DNA of 64,000 nt from Rebecca billardiae RCC1528 (taxonomy: Eukaryota > Protista > Haptophyta). The stretch lies in contig OZ251224.1 in the NCBI GenBank assembly GCA_965240325.2, positions 2,914,001 through 2,978,000 of the forward strand. The letters are read 5' to 3'. The translations under genes were made by a program, and so were the position numbers. The notes beneath the pieces were generated by a model. That model saw only the letters and a program-made list of their open reading frames with translations. It ran no database searches and was not told the DNA's origin. Of this stretch, positions 57,714 through 64,000 are shown in pieces; the stretch's first letter is position 1; each line of letters begins with the position of its first letter.

Positions 57714-58121
57714 GACTCTGGTGGCGCAGCGGTTTTTAAAACGCTTCGTCATCTTACGATGACGTCCTGGGTTCGAATCCGCTGCGGTGCGCTTCTTTCG
57801 CTCTTTCACAGCAGCCGCTGCGGCTTTCGTGTCTCGCAGGAGGGTCGCCCACGACCAGGGATTCCGGACACATTTCCGAATGTCCGGCCCCCGGGCGGCT
57901 CCCAGGGTCGGCTCTCCCCGGATTCCCTCCCAGGGGGCCCCGCCAGAGGGGCATGGGACGCGGAGCCAACCGCGAGAACAAACCGTACCCGGCAGGCGAC
58001 CGGCCCCACACCCAGGGGGGTGTGGCTCAGAGTTGCAGCGGCAAATTGGCACCGCGCGCGGATGAGACCCAGTACGTTATGGTAAGATGACGAAGCGTTT
58101 TACCGCTGCGCCACCAGAGTC
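57714..58121 (+). mobile_element. tRNA-derived SINE-like unit bounded by inverted arms (plus-strand copy)
   Basis: A box TGGCGCAGCGG (57722-57732), hairpin CGTCATC-TTAC-GATGACG, B box GGTTCGAATCC (57770-57780), ~300-bp structured body, then the reverse-complement arm. Confidence 0.6.
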
Positions 58122-58969
58122 GACTCTGGTGGCGCAGCGGTAAAACGCTTCGTCATCTTACCAGAATTCGACTTGTGCGTCGGGAGACGTGCGCCAGCTA
58201 GCCAACGCGCACGCCCCGCGAGCAGCACGGGGCGCGCACACGGCGCCCGCCGCACCGGCCGAGCGTGCGTCGAAAGCGGCACAGCGGGAGAGGGCCCCGA
58301 TCCAAAGGCGGATTCGCCGGGGGCGAGCCCCCGTGGTATTTTCGCAGCCTGGGTCATTACTTAGCGTCTTTGTCAAGCTGGCGCAACGCTCCGGGAGTCT
58401 GGTAAGATGACGAAGCATTTCACCGCTGCGCTCGCAGGAGGGTCGCCCACGAGCGGGGATTCCGGACACACTTCCGAATGTCCGGCCCCCGGGCGGCTCC
58501 CAGGGTCGGCTCACCCCGGATTTCCTCCCAGGGGGCCCCGCCAGAGGGGCATGGGACGCGGGGCCAACCGCGAGAACAAACCGTACCCGGCAGGCGGCCG
58601 GCTCCATACCCAGAGGGGCGCGGCTCATGCAGAGTTGCAGCGGCAGATTGGCAAAACGCGCGGATGAGACCCAGTACGTTCTGGTAAGATGACGAAGCGT
58701 TTTACCGCTGCGCCACCAGAGTCGACTCTGGTGGCGCAGCGGTAAAACGCTTCGTCATCTGACCAGAGTCGTAACATATGGCCATCGTATTCGTCACTGC
58801 GGGCAGGCGAGCCAAGAGGCGCGTTGAGCCAGTCACGGCTGCTCTGTAGTATCCAGGCTGATCGCCAGCCCGAATCGCAAGCCGCGCGGCGCCATTCGAA
58901 TCCCCAGCGCGAGCACCTGGCACGTCCGTTCTTTGTGAGTTCTCCGCTGGTGCACACCTCGAATGTGAT

Positions 58970-59110
58970 GTGAAAATCGATAGCGCGGTGGTGCTGGCCC
59001 CTCATGCACGGTCACGCCTAGGTTGCCGGGTGCGCTGCACTCCAGCGGCTTGTCGCTGAGCTCGCGGCTGGTGGTCAGCGCCCGCTCGTACTGCTCGATG
59101 GCATCAGCGT
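58970..59110 (-). pseudogene. Frameshifted TPR-repeat gene fragment inside an array unit
   Basis: ADAIEQYERALTTSRELSDKPLECSAPGNLGV, then after a frameshift GQHHRAIDFH, fits the 40-aa TPR consensus AIEYYEQAL.I.RE.GD...E..A.GNLG.....GQ...AI..H. Confidence 0.6.
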
Positions 59111-60253
59111 TCAGAATGGATCCAGGCGGGCAACGAAGATCTCATTCAACACCAGCCGCTGTGCTTCTCCGCGGAGACGGATCAGGCTGCCTTGGCTCGC
59201 TCGCACACGGTGGCTCAAAATGGCGTCCGGACTGGGCGTGGGAATGGGCGTGGGAATGGGCTATCGGGGCGTCGTCGACGGTGTTGGCGAAAAAAGGCGG
59301 CGGGGGCCTTGAAGGCGGCGGCCCACTCAGCGTGTTGCCGTCAAGATACCTGAAAAGCGCACGGCGTGGAGGCCACGTGCGTATGCGCAGTCGTAAGTAG
59401 TGTGGGGGCGGGTCGAGCGTAGCGCGCGTGGCGCGCCACTCTCGGCGGTGCCGCACACGCGCCAGCATCACGTGCAAGATGCAGCAGCAGCCCGCACTAG
59501 CGCGCGCTGCACAGCAACAGGGGTCAGTCAATGGTAAGATGACGAAGCGTTTTACCGCTGCGCCACCAGAGTCGACTCTGGTGGCGCAGCGGTAAAACGC
59601 TTCGTCATCTGACCACTTTCCGCACTTTGTCATCTTACGAGAGTGCGTCGTTGTTGCTCCTGCATCGCGTGGAGGCCACTCATGTACGCACCGTGGAAGC
59701 TGGCTGTGCGCGACGCGCCGCGCGCGCCTGCCCCACACTCGCCAGCGCCGTGCGCGTCACAGCAACACGCGCGCGCACAGATCGGTGCACGCACGTGGTA
59801 GGGGCTGTGGCGAGGCAGGAGGTGAACGCAGAGTCTTCAGCGAGTGCGCACGCCCTCCGATGGGCTTGCGCGCGAGTTGCGTGATAATAGGCTTAGCAGC
59901 CCAGGGGGCGGCGGCGGCCGAACTCAAGGGCGCGGTACTTTCATCGGACGACCAGCTGGCACTGGCGCAAGGCCTGCACCTCGGCGCATCAAGGGCGGCG
60001 TCGATCGAGGCACGACGACGGTGCGCTGGCGGGGCTATCATCATGACGACATCTGCGGCCGCAGCGGACGAGATGAAGCCGAGCGCACGGGCGGTGTTTC
60101 GTCGCCAGCCGCTTGCACTCATCCGCCGCCCGGGCGTCACTCTCCGCCCCATCCCAGCGACGCCGAGCGCTGCTTACATCATCTGGCTCTACTGCTGTGA
60201 CTGGCTGGCTGCCAAAGTGCCGGGTTCCCGGGTCTGGTGACAGATGATGACTA

Positions 60254-61879
60254 CTACTGAGAGCGTCTGAGGCGCTTAGCATCCCTCATCACTGCCGCGC
60301 GCCGCTCAAGTTTGCGCAGGCGTGTGCCCAGCTGCCCAGCGAAGCGGAGCATGTTGCCCGCCGTGATGGCCGCGATCCAGCGCTGCGCGCGCGCCATCTC
60401 GTCGCGCACCCGCTGCCGGTTCGCACTCCCGCGCAGCCTGCTCAGCACGCCCGTCAGCTCGTCCGCAAGCTCGGAGACTGGCCGCGTGCGGAAGCGTGGC
60501 GTGAGCTCGACCGCCCACTCCGGGTGTCCGATGTCCTCGGCGAAGGTGCGGACCTTCTCGTGCGTGACGAGCGAGATGGTGGGCACGCCGAGGCCGAACG
60601 GGATCATCACGCCGTGCCCGCGCATCGACGCTGCCACCGCCACCTTCCGGTAGTACTGCAGCACCGTGCCCCACGTGTGCACCAGCTCGCCGCGCTTCAG
60701 ATTGAACGAGATCACTTCGTACGGAAATGGGTACTCGCTCGCGCGCCGGCGGAGGAAATCGAGGAGCGGCGTGTCGCTGGCGCCTTGCATGACGAGGTGG
60801 ATGGTCCAATGCTTCGCGTGCGCGCGCATCAGCCACGTCGCGAGCTGCGTCAGCACCGCCTCTGCCTGCGCCTCCGAGCCAAGTCGCAGCACAAGCTGGT
60901 CATCTGCAATGTTGACAGAGAGAATGCGAGACAGGGCACCGTCTTGGCCTCGGCGTGGCGAGCTGGGCGCGAGGAGGCACGGCTGGAGCAGCGAGAGGAG
61001 CGTGGTCGCGCACGGCTGGTACGCCAGCCGCTCGCGCCAGGCCAGCCGCCCCGGCTGCTCGGCCTCCGCCGCCGCCGTCTCCGCGGCCGCCGCTGCCCGC
61101 CCCGAGCGCTCGATCGACACGAAGTGAGCGCTTACGCTGCGCAGGGAGTACGACTCGCGCAGGCCGACGGTGCGCGCGGGGTGCTGGGCGAGCGCCTCGA
61201 GGGAGCGCAGGTACGCGGCCCAGGGCCCGGGCGCGGGCCGCTCCTGATCCCGGAAGCCATTCCAGCCCACGCCGAACATGTACAACGGCGGCGCCAGCGA
61301 GCGCAGGTGCTCGCTGTGCACCTGCCACTGCCAGCCTGAGATGTTCTGACGAGAGTGCACGTTCGCCGGATAGAAGAGGCCGCCGCCACCCACGACGACG
61401 GCAGCGGCGCGGCGGTTCGCTTCGTGGATGTCCTCGGCCCGGCTCACCGCCCGCGCCTCGTGCTCCACCCAGCGCGGCGTGACGCCGAGGAAGAATTCAA
61501 ACGCCATCTGCGTTGCACGTGGGAGCACAAAGTCGCCTGCGTTGGACTGGCTGCGCGCGGTGAGCGCGTAGTGGACGAAGGTGGGCGTGCGTGCGTGCGC
61601 TCGTAGCCCGTCGCATGCCTGGCGCCACGGTGCCAGCTCCTGCGCCTGCCGCCGCAGCGACTCGTTGCGCACGAGGTCGCACAACGACGCCGGCTGCCAG
61701 CCGCCGGCGCCACGGCAGCCACGGCGGCGGCTCGTGCGCGGCGCGTGCCGCTCGAGCAGCGCTTCGATGGCGGCGTCGGGCCGCTCGTACGCACGCAGCG
61801 CGTCGGGCAGCGAGCCGAGGCTGCAGGGGACGCATGCGAGCAGCGCCACGGCGGTAGCGCGGCGCATGGGAGTCGCCAT
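60254..61879 (-). CDS. Polysaccharide pyruvyltransferase family protein with signal peptide, intronless
   Basis: NAGD, VVVGGGGLF, FGVG, GLRESYS, SMRGHG.M...LGVP.I.L....KV motifs. ATG at 61879 (alternative 61867). Confidence 0.8.
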   Translation of the reverse strand: MATPMRRATAVALLACVPCSLGSLPDALRAYERPDAAIEALLERHAPRTSRRRGCRGAGGWQPASLCDLVRNESLRRQAQELAPWRQACDGLRAHARTPTFVHYALTARSQSNAGDFVLPRATQMAFEFFLGVTPRWVEHEARAVSRAEDIHEANRRAAAVVVGGGGLFYPANVHSRQNISGWQWQVHSEHLRSLAPPLYMFGVGWNGFRDQERPAPGPWAAYLRSLEALAQHPARTVGLRESYSLRSVSAHFVSIERSGRAAAAAETAAAEAEQPGRLAWRERLAYQPCATTLLSLLQPCLLAPSSPRRGQDGALSRILSVNIADDQLVLRLGSEAQAEAVLTQLATWLMRAHAKHWTIHLVMQGASDTPLLDFLRRRASEYPFPYEVISFNLKRGELVHTWGTVLQYYRKVAVAASMRGHGVMIPFGLGVPTISLVTHEKVRTFAEDIGHPEWAVELTPRFRTRPVSELADELTGVLSRLRGSANRQRVRDEMARAQRWIAAITAGNMLRFAGQLGTRLRKLERRAAVMRDAKRLRRSQ

Positions 61880-61944
61880 CGCCCCTTCCGGGGGCCAGCC
61901 GACGGCGCGGATTTGGAATCTGCCGATCTGCCGATCTCGATCGG

Positions 61945-62828
61945 CAGAAGGGGGGGGGTCCAAAATTGAAAATTGTCCCCGCCGACGGCTCGATGGCTGC
62001 CGCACGTGCGTGCCCCGCGTGCCTTGCGCTGTACGTGCACGGTAGGGCGTCCCGACAGCGAGGGCGGGGCGGCGTAGATGGTCTTGTGGGAGGTGCGCCC
62101 GTGTGCCGGAGACGCTTCGACACCTTGGTGGCGTGCCCACACCTCTCCTTGTCGCCGCTCGCCTGCTGCGTGCTTGACCAGCCGTGTTGAGAGCACGCCT
62201 GCGCGTGCATGGCCAATGCCGGGCGGATCGAGCCGTAGTGAGTGTGCGTGCGGGTACTCCTACCCGATGCGCATCCCTGACACCGTCGCAGTAGCTCTTG
62301 TACGTCAATTCTAAGCCGTGCACTCGAACCCACGCGACGTGTCAACGTTATCGGTGGTATGCGACATGCTGGCCAGTTTTATTTTCAAATAGCGCATTTG
62401 ACGCCATTCCTCGGCTATTGTTCGCGAGCATGTTGGGCATGTGCCCGACTGGATTCGACAGGCTTCACGACGCGCGCGAGGGCTTGCGACAGTGGTAGAG
62501 AGACGCATAGGGTAGGAGTACCCGCACGCGCACTCACTACGGCTCGATCCGCCCGACATTAGCCATGCACGCGCAGGCGTGCTCTCAACACGGCTGGTCG
62601 AGCACGCAGCAGGCAAGCGGCGACAAGGAGAGGTGTGGGCACGCCACCAAGGTGTCGAAGCGTCTCCGGCACACGGGCGCACCTCCCACAAGACCATCTA
62701 CGCCGCCCCGCCCTCGCTGTCGGGACGCCCTACCGTGCACGTACAGCGCAAGGCACGCGGGGCACGCACGTGCGGCAGCCATCGAGCCGTCGGCGGGGAC
62801 AATTTTCAATTTTGGACCCCCCCTTCTG
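61945..62828. repeat. Foldback with ~325-bp inverted arms
   Basis: 61945-62271 is inverted to 62504-62828 with only scattered mismatches. Pairing degenerates inward (62281-62290 vs 62485-62494). Confidence 0.9.
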
Positions 62829-62857
62829 GTAGGCAGCCCTGGAACGGCAGGGACCTA

Positions 62858-64000
62858 CAGGTCGCTGCTTCAACTTTCGGACCCGATTGCTGTTCACTTT
62901 TTGTGCACGATGGCGGCGGCGCCCCCGGGGGTCTGCGGCGCTCGAGATCGCGTCTGGCGGCACCCCCAGGGTGTGCCTGAGGTACAACCCAGCGGGTATG
63001 TACCATTTAGACGACTTTGTTCCACTACCATGTGCCCCACGGACGCCACGAGGTCCACGACGGGGCCGCCGACGGCATGCTTCAACTTTCAGACCCGCGG
63101 GCTCTCAGCGCGCGCGCCGAGTCAGAGCCGCTGTCTGGTGAGCCGTGTGAGTCGGGCTAACGGCATCATGCACTCTAGATACCACATACATGCAGCAGAC
63201 CACCTCAGGGATTCACTAGGCTTCCGCGCCACCGCCAGCCGGCGCTGCGGCTGCGCGGCCAGCACGGTCGACGACGACAGCTCATACTGACGCGGCGGTG
63301 CCCGGCGCGGCCGGCGCCGGCGCCGATTGCTTGCGAGCTTCCGAGCACTCGGCCTTCTTGCACAGCCACCCTCGGAGATCGATCTTCTGGCACGTCGGGC
63401 AGCGTCTCGCCTTCGCCATCGGGCAGGGCGACACGCCGCACGAGCAGGTCTGGTGACAGCGGTCGAAGCTCGCCTCGAGCTCAGCAGCAGCTGCCTCCGC
63501 CTCCGCCTTCTTCCGCGCACGCTCGGATGCGGCCGCCGCCTTGCGCGCCGCCTCGGCCTCCTTCTGCGCGGTCTGCGCGGCCTTCTGCGTGTTGATCTCA
63601 CGCAACGACCACGAGCCGTTTTGGCTGTCGAGCCGCGTGTTGTCCGGCTTCGGCGCGGCGAGCTCCACGGCGGGCACTGGAAGGACACCGAGCTGGTCTG
63701 CGAGCTCACCCGGGTCGAACCTCACCGCCTTGCGCACCGCGGCGAGCTCGGCGTCGTGCTCATCACGCTCGCGCACGAGCTTGGCGGCCTGGCGGCCGGA
63801 GTACTCCTTGGCGAGCTCGAGCTTGGCGCGGAGGGCTGGAGCAGTGTTCGAGCGCATCCCCGCAGGCGTGGCTGTGAACGCACTAAACGTAGGTGATGCG
63901 TGCGCGCCAGAGGGCTCGCCGTCGTCGGCCGAGCGCGCAGCCCCGCGCTCCGGAGTGCTTGGCGCCGCTGCCGGCGCCGCCGCCGCGAGCGACGCGGCAT
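62858..64000 (-). mobile_element. Probable end of a Tc1/mariner/pogo-type DNA transposon continuing beyond the window
   Basis: TA|CAGG candidate terminus at 62856-62861. 20-bp direct repeat TGCTTCAACTTTC(G/A)GACCCG at 62866-62885 and 63078-63097. An adjacent ORF ends toward this terminus. Confidence 0.4.
63282..64000 (-). CDS. 5'-truncated protein with K/A/E-rich helix and C-terminal Cys8 zinc-finger-like cluster; possible transposase C-terminus
   Basis: Frame is open from the window edge to TGA at 63282 and ends C..TCSC...PCP.....CPTC........CKKAEC. Confidence 0.6.
   Translation of the reverse strand, partial: AASLAAAAPAAAPSTPERGAARSADDGEPSGAHASPTFSAFTATPAGMRSNTAPALRAKLELAKEYSGRQAAKLVRERDEHDAELAAVRKAVRFDPGELADQLGVLPVPAVELAAPKPDNTRLDSQNGSWSLREINTQKAAQTAQKEAEAARKAAAASERARKKAEAEAAAAELEASFDRCHQTCSCGVSPCPMAKARRCPTCQKIDLRGWLCKKAECSEARKQSAPAPAAPGTAASV

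Larger units (their letters stand above)
56831..59640. repeat. Array of ~84-bp GTCGAC-centred palindromes with tRNA-like arms, separated by variable units
   Basis: Full palindromes at 57264-57347, 57670-57757, 58080-58163, 58680-58767 and 59532-59615. Single arms at 56831-56876 and 58400-58431. Fragment at 59629-59640. Confidence 0.95.

Noticed and set aside
57714-57795. Functional tRNA gene
   Set aside because: A/B boxes are present but no acceptor stem forms, the T stem is incomplete, and the anticodon loop size is non-standard.
57342-58085. Two mirrored 236-aa ORFs as protein genes
   Set aside because: By-product of the palindrome; non-ATG starts, no coding bias and no recognisable motifs.
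56831-59640. CRISPR array
   Set aside because: Repeats are ~84 bp, intervening sequences are 320-770 bp and partly repeated, there are no cas genes, and the context is eukaryotic.
61880-62323. N-terminal extension of the 689-aa pyruvyltransferase ORF
   Set aside because: It runs through the foldback arm; the signal peptide indicates a start at 61879 or 61867.

Overview
Very GC-rich, gene-dense eukaryotic nuclear DNA. Short (CG)n-rich spliceosomal introns, flagellar genes and a signal-peptide-bearing plastid ribosomal protein suggest a flagellated alga with a complex plastid (haptophyte-like; inference). About 19 protein genes can be supported, including DNAAF5/HEATR2, ERG24, dusA, an Arl GTPase, an SK-like channel, an atypical Rho/Rac, WASP, a membrane-anchored TTL-family ligase, plastid L28, NDUFV1, SLC25A39/40, TOGARAM/crescerin, an LRR protein and a polysaccharide pyruvyltransferase. 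Many are arranged as tight head-to-head pairs. Intergenic DNA holds several TIR elements, (TA)n-associated non-LTR retroelement ends, foldbacks and the 3' part of a probable transposase. The most unusual feature is a 2.8-kb array (56831-59640) of five ~84-bp palindromes, each centred on GTCGAC. Their arms look like the 5' half of a tRNA (Pol III A box). They bound 408-850 bp units with different cargo (a B-box/structured SINE-like body, a captured TPR-gene fragment) and include a 900-bp near-perfect palindrome. All family assignments come from motif recognition by eye; no searches were run.
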